DNA of 64,000 nucleotides from Yuukianura sp. NJ FZ-2021 (taxonomy: Eukaryota), in the NCBI GenBank assembly GCA_046563655.1, contig CM102289.1:5270001-5334000 (forward strand), in the 5' to 3' direction. The notes below the pieces were generated by a model. It ran no database searches. It saw only the letters and a program-made list of their open reading frames with translations, and was not told the origin of the DNA. Made by a program: the position numbers and the translations under genes. Of this stretch, positions 36,601 to 46,523 are shown in pieces; the first letter of the stretch is position 1; every line of letters begins with the position of its first letter.

Positions 36601-39600
36601 CACTTCAGAAACAAGCCATATGCGTGAAAACCTTGGAAATTTATGGGTCGTATTGGGTTTAGAAAAAGCATAACAGTTTTAGCAGTTGAATAAACTTAGA
36701 ACTAGAACTCTTTCGCGCGTGTGCCGTGGCAATTAAAATCATAAACGCTACGGTTTGAATCTAAACGTCAGTACTAGACAATCCACAAACAAAGTTTTGT
36801 TGCAAAAATACTAGAAAATGCTTTACGACGAACTTGAAGACAAAGAGCTTGCGCAGAAAGTGCTCGCCAGACAGAACGCAGTGGTGTATCCAGAAGTTTT
36901 TGTGAAATTCAAACCAGGCGGGTATTGGCTTCCGCGGGACTATGCCCAATACTACAACAGTATCCGAAACATGGATGTACGAGAAGACGACATCTGGGTG
37001 ATGTCACTGATGAAAGCTGGTACACTACTGCTTTGATTAGCTCATAACTTCAAAACTTCCGCTCTGCTTCCGCCAAATTTGAAACGAGCTTGGCGCTACC
37101 CAAAGTTTCAAATTTTCAAATTACATTTTAGACTGGAAAGATTAATTTTGACATTTCCCGCACCGTTCTGTTGCAGGTACAACATGGACACAAGAAATGG
37201 TTTGGCTTCTCGGAAATAATTTGGATTATGAAGGGGCAAAAACACTTCTCACGGTTCGCTTTCCATTTTTGGAGTAAGTAATCAAAATGTTGTCAGCTAC
37301 AGACAAATTCCAAAATTTCAAATTTAGAACTTATTTTTAATTTTTTCACTTGACGCCAGTTGGAGAATTAAGATGGTTAGCGACATACTCAAAGATGGCG
37401 CCACGCCCACTTCCATAAGCATTGTCAAAGAAACGAAATCTCCACGTTACATCAAAGCACATTTGCCCGCTGACCTTTACCCCAAGCAAATTGAAACGAA
37501 AAAACCGAAAATTATTTATGTTGCAAGAAACCCAAAAGACCAATGTGTGGCATACTACCACCATAAAGTTCTTATTGAAGGCTACAAAGGCACGCTAGAT
37601 GACTATGTAAATGAACATGTACAAGAGCTATGTAAGATTTAAAATTTCTTTCAACAACAATATTTTAAGAAAACAAATTCTTGAAATTTTGTTTTCGTAA
37701 AACTGTAATTGAATCAACAGCGCTTTTCTTTCCATACTGGAGTCACGTCAAAACTTTTTGGGAAAAGCGAAATGAACCGAACGTTCATTTCATTACGTAT
37801 GAAGCAATGAAGAAGGTAAAAAGAATGTTTTCACTTCAGCTGAAAGCAAATTTTAAAGAAGAAAAAACTTTTTAGCGGAAAAATTGAATTATGGTATAAT
37901 GACACACTCTCTTTTGACTGAAAATTGTGATTGTTTACAGGACTTGCCTTCAGTGGTGCGTTCTACTGCTAAATTTCTTGGAAAATCGTATTCTGATGAA
38001 GACTTGGAAAAGTTGGTTGCGCACTTGAGTTTCGAATCGATGCGGCACAATGCGTCAGTCAACTACGACGAAATCACGGAGTACATCACCAAGTTGTACG
38101 GAGGTCAACGGAAAACACATTTCATGCGAAAAGGAAAAGTGGGCAGTTGGCGGGAAGAATTAAGTACAAAGTCAGTCAAAAAATTAGACTCATGGATAGC
38201 CAAAAACCAAATGAAGGGAATTTGGGATGATATTTAAGTTAATCTAACGCCAATAACTCTAACTTGGTTAGCCTAACAATTGTATTTTAGTCAAAATCTA
38301 GGTCACATCAATGTTGGCCCACCTTTTGTTATGTCTAAAATTTTACGTTTTGAAAAATTCATAAACTAGCTGTCATTTAACGCAACCTATATAAAGATTT
38401 AGAAGCTTTTCAAAAACTTGCTTTTTGAAACGACAGTTTGAAAAAGAAAAAAACTAAACTTTTTTTTAACTAAAAACAAAAGACTTTCACTATGATTGAA
38501 AAGTAGATCAAAGTGAAGTCTTTTTCCTCTTTCTCAAAAAGTACAAAACCGAACTTCTTTCCAGAACCGAAATTACATTTCAGTAAGATTTCCCATCGGA
38601 ATATGCAGAGTTGGGCAAAATGCAAAATAAAAAGACGCTTTCACTCCTTCCTTCCGGGCAAAGGATTTCTAAGATTAAAGTTTCTCTTCCTCTCCAACTT
38701 CATACGTTATGCACACTGTCTAAAATGCCAAAAAAAATCTCTACGAAAGAGAATGTAAAAGTAGCAGCGTAATGGCGTTATTCAACTGCTTTTCCACGTC
38801 TTTTTCCAGACGAAACTTGGAACATGAAAGGGACTCTAGAGACTATCTGGATGTTTAAGATGTTCCAGTAGCTTCTTCTTCTGGAGGGTTTTTCTACCTT
38901 TAGACTTTACTGGTAAGGTAGCTTTCAAAAGTAAAATATTGCCCATAAAATCAATCATTTTGATTCTCCAAAAGTTCTCGGTGGGCAACAGAAAAAAGTT
39001 CTCCATTTCTTAGATTGTGCCAATCCTGGGGGAACGTGCAAAACCAAGCGTGGGAATTCGTGGTGAGGTTACGTAATTTTGAACTAAATTCTGTGAAATG
39101 GAAAATAGTAAGTGGTAAGCTTCGGCGCTAACGTTCAAACACGAACTCACTTTGAGTACATACGAACACTTTTATCGCTCCGTGCACGGAAACTATCTTT
39201 TTTCCTGGAAGTTTCTCGGTGAAGATGCTCTTGTTTTTTTTTACTAAAGTTTGTTTTCTGTTTCTTAAGAATTTTTTTGTTAAAAAATGTTTTGCTTCAT
39301 CTAAAAATCCCGAGAAGCTGCTCTTTTGCACATCCAAAGTTGTTTGGAGATGCAAAAACCCGACCTGTGACCTTTTGGCGTTTCCGACGTGTGTAACATA
39401 ACAACTGGTTTTTTCACATAATATTTTTTCAGCACAAAAATTTTCACACAAAAAAAATCTCATTTGACGAAAAAAAAACTCCTAGGATTTTACATTTTAG
39501 ATGGTTAAATTCTTTCCTTTCCAACAGTGTTTCATTATCCCTGCTGGTTACTTTCTCCGGAAAAGAATAGGTGGAACTTACGTTAGTTGCTGGGTATTAT

Positions 39601-42600
39601 ACAGTGAGCCATAAAAAGGCTGCAACGCTTTCACCGGAAGTTGATTTTTAAATCGTACTTTCACAGGCACAGGACAGCAAAACTTACAGATCTAATATAC
39701 TAGCCGAAGCTGGTTTATGTAGTAGATGCTGCCAGTACTTTCACTTTTTGAATTTTAATTAACAATTGGCTGTGAAAGCACGATTTAAAAAAACAACTTC
39801 CGGAGAAAGCGATGCAGCCTTTTATGGTTCTCTGTATGATTCTATTTACAGTGCAATATAAATAATTATCATTATATTTATGTTTATATTAATATTATAT
39901 TTATAATACATATATAGCTTTTTCTTCAGTGAATTCTGTTCATTGTGTAAACAGCAAAGGCTGTGATCGTTTGAATTTTGCTGATACCCACGGGGGTTGA
40001 CATCCCCAGGGAGAAGAGTCTGGTTTGGAACCGGCGAACCTTGTTTCCACATCTCGATCGAACAGAAAAATGTGACACAAATGTTAGAATTTAAAATTGA
40101 GTAAATTTTGCCCATGCCTGGTGGAGTTTATCTTCTTTGAGGGAGGGGGTTGCATAATTTATGAAGTAGGAGGAGGGGGAGGGGTACTTTGTCATTTTGT
40201 GAACTGTCACCGTCAGCATCTTCCATTGCTAGTGGCCTGATGGCTTAGATGGGATTTGGCAAATGTGTTTCCAAATTTGGCCAAGAGATGCTCAAATTTG
40301 GCCGGGAGACAGGACAATGAGGACTTCCGACTGTGGAAGTTACGTCATGGACGTTTTGTCTCCATCGTTTGTGGGCCTGTCAACGACAGGAGGTAATATG
40401 GGGGGTGGCTTTGGGTGTAAAGGGGTTGGAGCACAATTTCGATTCCAATGAATTAAATTAGAACTGACGTTCCACTTTCTCCGGTTCCATCAAAAAGTGA
40501 AAAGGCGCCCCGAAACGATTATAAATTCACAAAACGTTGAGCAATAAAAACGTCAGAAACTTTCTTCCTCTTGTGACAACCGGCATGAGAGTGATACAAA
40601 TGGTTCAAATGCGAGGCAGGTTCAGCACACGCCTCCATTTACAATTTCAACAGAACTCAAAAACTGGAATTTTCCCTTCATGATATGTTCAAGATGATTT
40701 CCTGTTAGAGGGTATGGAATTGCGCAGAAGCGAAACTTTTCAGAACTCCAAAACTACTTTTTAATAACAAAAAACTGTTGTTTTGACTTGAATAATTTGA
40801 ATTTGATCAAACAAAAGTAGTACGCATGAGTAACCAATATTTTAAATTCAAAAGGTAAAGTTTCAAAGTTACAAGGAAACGTCGAAGTGAACAGAGATGA
40901 GCTTCTGTGGAACTGATTTTTTTCTTTTCCAATGTAACAAAAAAAAGCAAACTAAAATTCAGCAGACCAGAACGAAAACATCCACATCCACGCTCTGCAA
41001 CTTTGTTACTCACTTTGACGCCTCTGGTGTACCATAACTTTCAAAAAAATGCATCACAGATGATGACATCAAATTTTATTCTTATTCAAAGTTTAAAAAT
41101 TTTAAAGGCAAGCCAAATTTAAAGAAATACTTAACTTAATGTAGCAGAAATGTTACTGAATAACAAGTAGTTCTTTGTTTCAACATTTACAAATTAAAAA
41201 ATAGCACGAATTTGTAAAGTGTGTGTTGTTTGTAATTTGGGCTTTTGCCTCCAGATTCTAATTTGACCTCAATTAATTATTGTCTGGGGAAGAAAATTAC
41301 TCAAGAAGCAAAAGAAAAAGCAATTTGCAAAAAGTCTTCGCACTTGCTTAACTGGAGGCAATTTTTGAAAGATTCTTCTTGCCATTTACTTGAATAAAAA
41401 AACGAGTGAAGTGATTTAACAAGAATGATCATCACGTTAGAAAAAAATCTGTAAAAAGTAGAACTTGTTCAAAGTAAAGTGGATCAGCCTTAAACTTTAA
41501 TATCACGTTTTATTTTGCACGAAATTGGCAATTATTTACAACACATCTATTATTACGCACATCCGTTCGGAAACTCACTTTATAACAACTTGCAAGTGGT
41601 CATGGACGTAGTCAATCGAGGCAGAGCGGCAGAGACGCCAAATTCTTAAACTTTCCCACCAGGGAGCACTCAATTTCCCTGTCTAAATGCTCTTGTAAAT
41701 TTTATCGTTATGGGAATCTCTAAAGGATTTGAGACAAGTTAGAGAAAATGCCACCGGGGATCTCATTTGTTGATTTCAATCTCGCACTATTCCTCAGACG
41801 TTAAGAATGTTTAAGTGAACAAAAGAAATTTAAATTTTAGACACTCCTTGAGTGTCTCGTTAGCAGTCACAGAAGTGACATCATAGAGATCTTGAACTTG
41901 ACATTTTTGGCATCTGTGCATATTGTGCACTTTTGTGTGCATGTGCATGACGCATATCGAATGTTACGACATTTGAAAAAACACAAGTCGCCTGAATCCC
42001 CATTTCTGGCAGACTTCCATTTTTTAAAAATTCATTCGATTGCAATTGATGCGTCAACGTAGCTTGTCATCACGTTTCTATTTCTTGTTATGTTCCTTAT
42101 ATTTATGGAGCTTACTATGAACTAACTGGTAATTACGGATGACTCAAACTGTTCAGTTATGTTTTGAATAAGAAAACACGAGTCACGACTACCCGGTTGG
42201 TTAGGCTGGTGAATAAACTCTGGTAATGCCGATGACATGCGAATTGGCACTAAAAACATACCTTTTGAAATCATAAACACGATGCTAAAGGAATGAAACG
42301 AAGTTCAAACCGGTAAATCGACAGAAATAGCAAAATGATTAAAGAAATTTGATTTGGAAATACTACAAACTGGTGAAGCCTAATTGCTGAGAAATTGCGG
42401 TAATTTAAAAATTCCATAATCAATCTCATTCTACGTGATTTGGTCGTGCAAGGAAAAGTTTCACAGAACTATACAGGAAGTTTGTTCGAGTTTAATAAAA
42501 TTGAAACTTGAGTGAAAACATCATTAGGCTACTATTTTGAAAATAAGAAATCCATCCCCTACGGTGAATAACAATGGAACTTTTTTTAACAAGTTTTCAT

Positions 42601-45600
42601 TGTTAATTAAAATTGAATGTTCAGAAATCACAACAAAGCATAAGGAAGCAAACAAAAAATGTTCTTCGCATCTTCGCATTTCATTTCAAAATTCCCATCG
42701 TTTTACAAATTCCTTCCGCCTAGCAGATGATGACTCATTTTTTAGAAACAATTTTTTGTGATTCGTTTTTTAAATAAAAACAAAAAACACAGAAATTGAA
42801 GTGTCTGCTAACGTGTTCCATGTCATTGGTCGTTTATTTTTTGTGTCTCAACACATGGTGTGTTCTTCCAAGCATTTCTTCTGTTCAAATCATTTTGTTC
42901 GTCATGCCTGTTCCCTCAGTCACACTTTACAAAATGTGTTTGAAAGTGACTGAAATGCTCAAGTCGTCGTGACTTATTTCCGGAGATGCTTCCCGAGTTT
43001 TTGTTGCGTTTGTCACTGACTCTAAGGAGTCATTAAAGCCCTCCTATCTTCAAAATCATCTACGATCTGAACAAGCTTCTTTTCCAAAAATTACTCACCC
43101 CTCCGTAACTTTACTTTTCCACCCCAACCAAAATAGGCCAAAAATAGAAGTACTTCTGTTTAAAATTTCAAAAAATTGCTCTTGTCAAAGTCCCCCTTGT
43201 TTTTCCTTGGTAAGAAAAAAGTTCCTTTCCGTTTCAGACTCTTTCAACATTAAAAAGTACCTCCAACATTTCAAATCCGATGACTCCGAAATTTAGCCAA
43301 CCCTTGGTCTAATAATTCATTTAAATGTGACCTCATTCAGGGAAGCAGAAAGTAACTAAATCAGTGTTTTAATATAAATCGAAATTAGAGCTCTAGAATT
43401 AGTTCCTTTCAAAATTTAGAGCCTTTCTCCTGATTTAGTATCTCTGGAACCACACAGTTTGAAATGAAAAAGCCAAGAGAAAGTGAAGAGAAAACACGAA
43501 ATTTTCGTCTTTTGAAATTCCCCGGGCACAACTTTCTCCTTGTTCTATTTCTTATTCTGAAGAGGCTAAACAATTCAATTAATTCAAGTCTTTCCCTTTC
43601 TGTGTTTACTCTAAGCTTCGTCTGATGTACTCTTCCATGAATCTTCAGTAAGGTCTTAATGCTTCTCAAATTTATTTCACTGTTTAAATTTAGTTAAAGG
43701 AAGAACCAAATTTGGGATAGAGTGAAACAAAAGCCGAAACTGATGACTAAAACTTTGTATTGTTTCGGGATTACTAACCGGGTCTTTCTTAACGGAAAGT
43801 GATAGGACAATGTCGTGTCGAGAGAAAGTAAAAGTGAAAGTCCAAATGCGGCTTTAGAGGGCGGTTTTAGTGGGGCTCAAGGGAGAAAGGATCGATATAA
43901 ACCGTCTAGCCACTGCTCGATGACGAAGAAAGTTGAATCAACAGAAAATTTGGGTTTTCTAGGTACACTTTTTGTTGTTCCATAAAAAAATTCTGAACGA
44001 GAAAGGTGACACAGGGTGAGTCCAGCCTCACTTTATGGCAATAAAAAACTAGGAAAAAGAAAAAAGTAATCGCCGGTTTGGGGGCGGAGAAAGTTTGTTC
44101 CATGCCATTTCTTACAGTGTTCTATGCCACTTCATCGAAAAAATTACAACGAAGCCAAATTTTCCGAATGAATTTCCACGAAACCATTTACAACGAAAGT
44201 TGAATTACATCGAAAGTAAAACTACAACGAAAGGAACATCAACCTAACTATCCGAATCACTATTGATCAGTTAGTAATGCAAGTTCGCTATTTCAGCACG
44301 GAAAATATAAGCGAACTCACTGAATGAATGAAACCATATACCTGTAGAAGGTTACCAGAGTGACGTTAAATGCTGTTTCATTCAGTGAATTCAATATTTC
44401 CCTGCGTTGAAGTCACAGTGTTAGGTCACTAACTGGGCCATAGCGATTAAACAGGTTTTTTGTTATGTTAGGTTGCGCGTATCTCTTTCGTTGAATTACA
44501 ACTTTCGTTGTTATTCTACTTTCCTTCTAAATCGACTTTCGTTGTAATTCCGCTTTCGTTGTAATCCAACTTTCGTTGTAATTCCACTTTCGCTGTGATT
44601 CGCTTCGGGGTAATTCAATTTTCGTTGTAATTGGTTTCGGAGAAATTTATTCGGGGAAATTTGCTTCGTTGTAATTCATTCGATGGAATGGCGTGCTCCC
44701 ATTTTACAGGATGATAAATGAAATGATATCATTGTTTTTCTTGTGTTAGGGCTTAGTCTAACATTAGGTTTGGTTAGGCTACATTATTTTTCTTTACAAC
44801 TATGCTATAAAATACTATTACGGTTTTTCTTTCCATATAATCGAAATTCCCCTTTTTTTGAAAAGTGAAAGTGAAATAACTGTCATTGTCACAATGAATC
44901 TCTACAATGCAGGGGGAGAAAGATTATAACTGTCATAATGTTGGATAGCTGAAGTAGAAGTACAGAAGTTCATGTTTTAATTTAAAGCACAAAGTTTAGC
45001 TCATTTCATGGATTCCCCTCGGAGTTTGAATTCGGAATTTAAATTCTCCTGGCGATGAAAGCTTTCTCTTTTGGTTGGCTGAGTTTTAGGTTGAAAAGGA
45101 AGGATTTTGTAACCTCAATCCATCCGTTTCCTAACAAACAGAAGCATTTCTCAACGTAGCCTGGAAGCCTTTACCAGCTAATGTGATTACAAGCGATCTC
45201 TGAAGCGATTGCAGACAAAAACCTCATCAAATAACGTCCAGAGTTGGACATCCGACCATTTCTCATTGTCAACAACTCCGACTTTAGGACTAACCCGTTA
45301 GCTTAGACTATTCGCAAAATTAGACAGCTTTAAATATGATAAAATGATGCGGAAAGTCCTAAAGAATCATTATTCCCACTCAAATAGTAAAGCCCACAAA
45401 ATTTCTCTGAGTGCTCGCAAATCCTTAAAGACTTTGTCTAAAATTACTGTAAATAGTAAATATTTGGGCCAGAATGCATGAATCTTTCTTTGCAAAATTA
45501 AATTGTTAAAAACCTAAAAGTTATTTACAGTCAATTGACCTCAAAGTTGAGGAAGTCTGGACTGCAGTGCAGTAGTTGATATTTGACTTGAAGGTTAAAA

Positions 45601-46523
45601 ACATTATCGTTCCATTACCCCATTGTAAATTCAATGGGGCCATGAAATCACTGGACTTTTGCTCTTCCAGAAAGAGTCACAGGGAGTCCAAACTTTGGCC
45701 TTTTGCATTTGTCAGCCATTTTGAGTCCAGGAGTCATCTACTAGGTAATTTGGAGGCTTCAATTGCTCTTTTGCGTTCATCGCTAATGACTCAGGGAAAA
45801 CTATTTCTGAATTTTGATTCAAAAACTTCCACGCACGCCACTCCAAATTAACTTCCAGATTTCAAAAGTTTACTAATGTCCAAACCTCTAATGACTTTTC
45901 ATCATCTCTAGCTTAAGCTCGGAACTAATTAACACTAATCAAAAAATTAAACGAACAACTACGTTTCATCAACTCAAACCTAATAGGGACTTTTGTTTTG
46001 AAAAAGTTTTGAAAGTTCTGGTAAACTAACAAGTAAGTTAATCTCCGGAGGTTTCTCAATTTGTAGTACTAAAAGTGCCTATTTTTAGACCAAGGTAAAT
46101 TGGAAACTCGTCAAAATATTTTTGACATTTTCAATTTTCCACCGGCCGGTTAAATGCATCAAGGCCGCAATGGTTCGAAGTGGCACAAACACACACACGA
46201 GAGATATGAATTAATGAACCACGCCTCAGTTTGCATGTCATGTTTTTGTGGTCCAATTTTTCATGTTACGAAATATGAAGGTGGGGTGAAACTAAAAGCC
46301 AGAATTATCGGAATTCCCGGAAGAAAATTGATGGTTTGCATTTTTGCTTACCTTTTGTTAGTCTGCGTATGATTTTGTCACGGTCTTCAGCCGAATGTGG
46401 TTCAGACAAAACGATGAGGAGGTACGCCCCGGTGAGGGGTGACATTTGACCTTTCTCTGCATTTTCTGACTGCGGAGATAAAATGTCAGCCTGCTTCTGC
46501 GCAGTCGCCGTGTCCGAGTCCAT
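455..46523 (-). CDS. futsch: Microtubule-associated protein Futsch (MAP1A/1B/1S family), 5 coding exons, 14001 nt, 4666 aa
   Basis: Exons 46523-46352, 15993-15895, 15032-14860, 14082-696 and 624-455 join in frame with GT-AG introns (phases 1,1,0,1). Conserved MAP1 N-terminal motifs: [78 protein letters not shown]-terminal light-chain motifs: [55 protein letters not shown]. Confidence 0.95.
696..14082 (-). CDS. futsch: futsch coding exon 4 (13,387 nt)
   Basis: Acceptor cttttag|GAC GGT ACA TTT ([14 protein letters not shown]) is in frame with the 4454-aa ORF. Donor TTA G|gtaaag at 696/695. Confidence 0.95.
1200..2350 (-). repeat. About 7 degenerate Thr/Ser/Gly-rich peptide repeats (roughly 40-50 aa) in Futsch
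   Basis: Recurring [15 protein letters not shown] and SLExFSxLPxGF motifs in the translation. Confidence 0.75.
4120..4497 (-). repeat. 9 x 42-nt (14-aa) coding tandem repeat, xPIFEKVKxPxxxE
   Basis: Units such as [14 protein letters not shown] and [17 protein letters not shown] motif ttttcactttttcaaaa recurs every 42 nt. Confidence 0.9.
9446..9910 (-). repeat. About 15.5 x 30-nt (10-aa) coding minisatellite, [10 protein letters not shown]
   Basis: ggactttcgctggtttgtcttcttctggtt recurs with a 30-nt period. Units 2-6 and 7-11 form a 150-nt higher-order duplication. Confidence 0.95.
14808..14821. promoter_or_regulatory. Candidate RFX X-box in futsch intron 3
   Basis: GTCACCATGGTAAC on the minus strand fits the X-box consensus GTHNYY-AT-RRNAAC. 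Motif match only. Confidence 0.35.
14860..15032 (-). CDS. futsch: futsch coding exon 3
   Basis: Acceptor tctttcag|GT, donor CAG|gtaacc. Encodes [58 protein letters not shown]. Confidence 0.95.
15895..15993 (-). CDS. futsch: futsch coding exon 2 (99 nt, not in the ORF track)
   Basis: Acceptor tttgtag|GT, donor ATG|gtaagg. Encodes [33 protein letters not shown], matching the MAP1/Futsch G-x-L-x-WD...HVDL motif. Phase 1 at both ends. Confidence 0.92.
16143..17491 (+). pseudogene. Degraded sulfotransferase pseudogene (exon 2-5 relics; SULT-9/10 type)
   Basis: Exon 2 relic (MTWVLRNNL..ctgga|gtaag). Exon 3 relic ([11 protein letters not shown]...[15 protein letters not shown]). Exon 4 relic [27 protein letters not shown] with two stops. 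Frameshifted exon 5 ([14 protein letters not shown]...[18 protein letters not shown]). Confidence 0.85.
18231..19499 (+). CDS. Cytosolic sulfotransferase SULT-1, 321 aa
   Basis: join(18231-18432,18506-18602,18695-18969,19034-19128,19203-19499), all GT-AG. 5'-PSB SNPKSGTTW, catalytic His in IKSHL, 3'-[15 protein letters not shown]-terminal RKGKVGSW. Confidence 0.93.
20463..21739 (+). CDS. Cytosolic sulfotransferase SULT-2, 321 aa
   Basis: join(20463-20664,20750-20846,20931-21205,21274-21368,21443-21739). [34 protein letters not shown]. Confidence 0.93.
22811..24113 (+). CDS. Cytosolic sulfotransferase SULT-3, 321 aa (intron 4 has a GC donor)
   Basis: join(22811-23012,23100-23196,23266-23540,23611-23705,23817-24113). 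[34 protein letters not shown]. Exon 4 donor is AAG|gcaaac. Confidence 0.87.
24176..24335 (+). pseudogene. Small relic of SULT exon 5
   Basis: Fragments read IPAVDFEN...[14 protein letters not shown]...[10 protein letters not shown], against NPAVNYEN...[14 protein letters not shown]...DxWIAKNKIxG in the intact genes. Contains deletions and stops. Confidence 0.65.
24642..25949 (+). CDS. Cytosolic sulfotransferase SULT-4, 318 aa
   Basis: join(24642-24843,24963-25059,25137-25402,25473-25567,25653-25949). [34 protein letters not shown]. Confidence 0.93.
26502..27807 (+). CDS. Cytosolic sulfotransferase SULT-5 (atypical motifs), 322 aa
   Basis: join(26502-26706,26788-26884,26960-27234,27312-27406,27511-27807). 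[34 protein letters not shown]. Confidence 0.92.
28445..29710 (+). CDS. Cytosolic sulfotransferase SULT-6, 323 aa
   Basis: join(28445-28646,28719-28815,28889-29166,29239-29333,29411-29710). [34 protein letters not shown]. Confidence 0.93.
30066..31421 (+). CDS. Cytosolic sulfotransferase SULT-7, 322 aa
   Basis: join(30066-30267,30349-30445,30577-30854,30932-31026,31125-31421). [35 protein letters not shown]. Confidence 0.9.
31772..31837 (+). pseudogene. 5' stub of a SULT-7-like gene, now a 21-codon ORF upstream of SULT-8
   Basis: [21 protein letters not shown] versus SULT-7 [19 protein letters not shown]. Its flank atctgagaaacaaATG matches SULT-7 atctgaaaacgaaATG. Confidence 0.85.
31822..33231 (+). 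repeat. 1.4-kb segmental copy of 28396-29795 (SULT-6 plus short flanks)
   Basis: Similarity covers exons, all four introns, the 5' flank from ccatagccgattt and the 3' flank to gaaggtatttgactaaagcc, and ends abruptly at both sides. Confidence 0.92.
31878..33147 (+). CDS. Cytosolic sulfotransferase SULT-8, recent duplicate of SULT-6, 323 aa
   Basis: join(31878-32079,32153-32249,32323-32600,32676-32770,32848-33147). [34 protein letters not shown]. Confidence 0.93.
33289..33761 (+). pseudogene. 3' remnant (exons 4-5) of a SULT-7-like gene
   Basis: Exon 4 relic [31 protein letters not shown] has no AG acceptor and an extra A before the donor. Exon 5 (33465-33761) is still open, DLPHVIEK...RKGKVGSW...GIWESI*. 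Confidence 0.88.
33929..34340 (+). pseudogene. Second, more decayed SULT exon 4-5 relic
   Basis: Starts taatttcaaaaattattg, like 33249. LFLTYEEMK at 34027, [18 protein letters not shown] at 34200, then further stops. Confidence 0.75.
34695..36474 (+). CDS. Cytosolic sulfotransferase SULT-9, 324 aa
   Basis: join(34695-34896,35023-35119,35587-35870,35954-36048,36178-36474). [35 protein letters not shown]. Confidence 0.92.
36818..38237 (+). CDS. Cytosolic sulfotransferase SULT-10, about 320 aa (exon 3 acceptor shifted)
   Basis: join(36818-37019,37177-37273,37360-37631,37721-37815,37941-38237). [35 protein letters not shown]. The exon 3 start is inferred from a cryptic in-frame CAG. Confidence 0.8.
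39602..39834. mobile_element. 233-bp MITE, Tc1/mariner type
   Basis: About 65-bp imperfect TIRs (cagtgagccataaaaaggctgcaacgctttcaccggaagttg... / ...caacttccggagaaagcgatgcagccttttatggttctctg), with TA on both sides (39600-39601, 39835-39836). No coding capacity. Confidence 0.88.
44117..44700. mobile_element. Foldback/Mutator-like non-autonomous element, almost entirely palindromic
   Basis: Left arm atgccacttcatcgaaaaaattacaacgaagccaaattttccgaatgaatttcc matches the reverse complement of the right end. Pairing continues inward to a spacer of about 40 nt (44335-44374). 17-nt subrepeats actttcgttgtaattcc. Possible degenerate TSD ttcttaca/attttaca. Confidence 0.82.
46352..46523 (-). CDS. futsch: futsch coding exon 1
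   Basis: ATG at 46523. Encodes [57 protein letters not shown]. Donor AAG|gtaagc is phase 1 and joins exon 2 to give RLTKGLLCWD. Confidence 0.9.

Noticed and set aside
18231..38237. Naming the SULTs as specific enzymes (luciferin sulfotransferase, SULT1C, retinol dehydratase) or calling them horizontally acquired
   Set aside because: Motifs support only the arthropod cytosolic SULT family. The shared four-intron structure and animal-type motifs give no sign of recent HGT, and substrate cannot be read from sequence.
39990..40115. Possible alternative futsch first exon ([20 protein letters not shown], phase-1 C|gtgggt)
   Set aside because: No homology or promoter evidence; such a donor is expected by chance.
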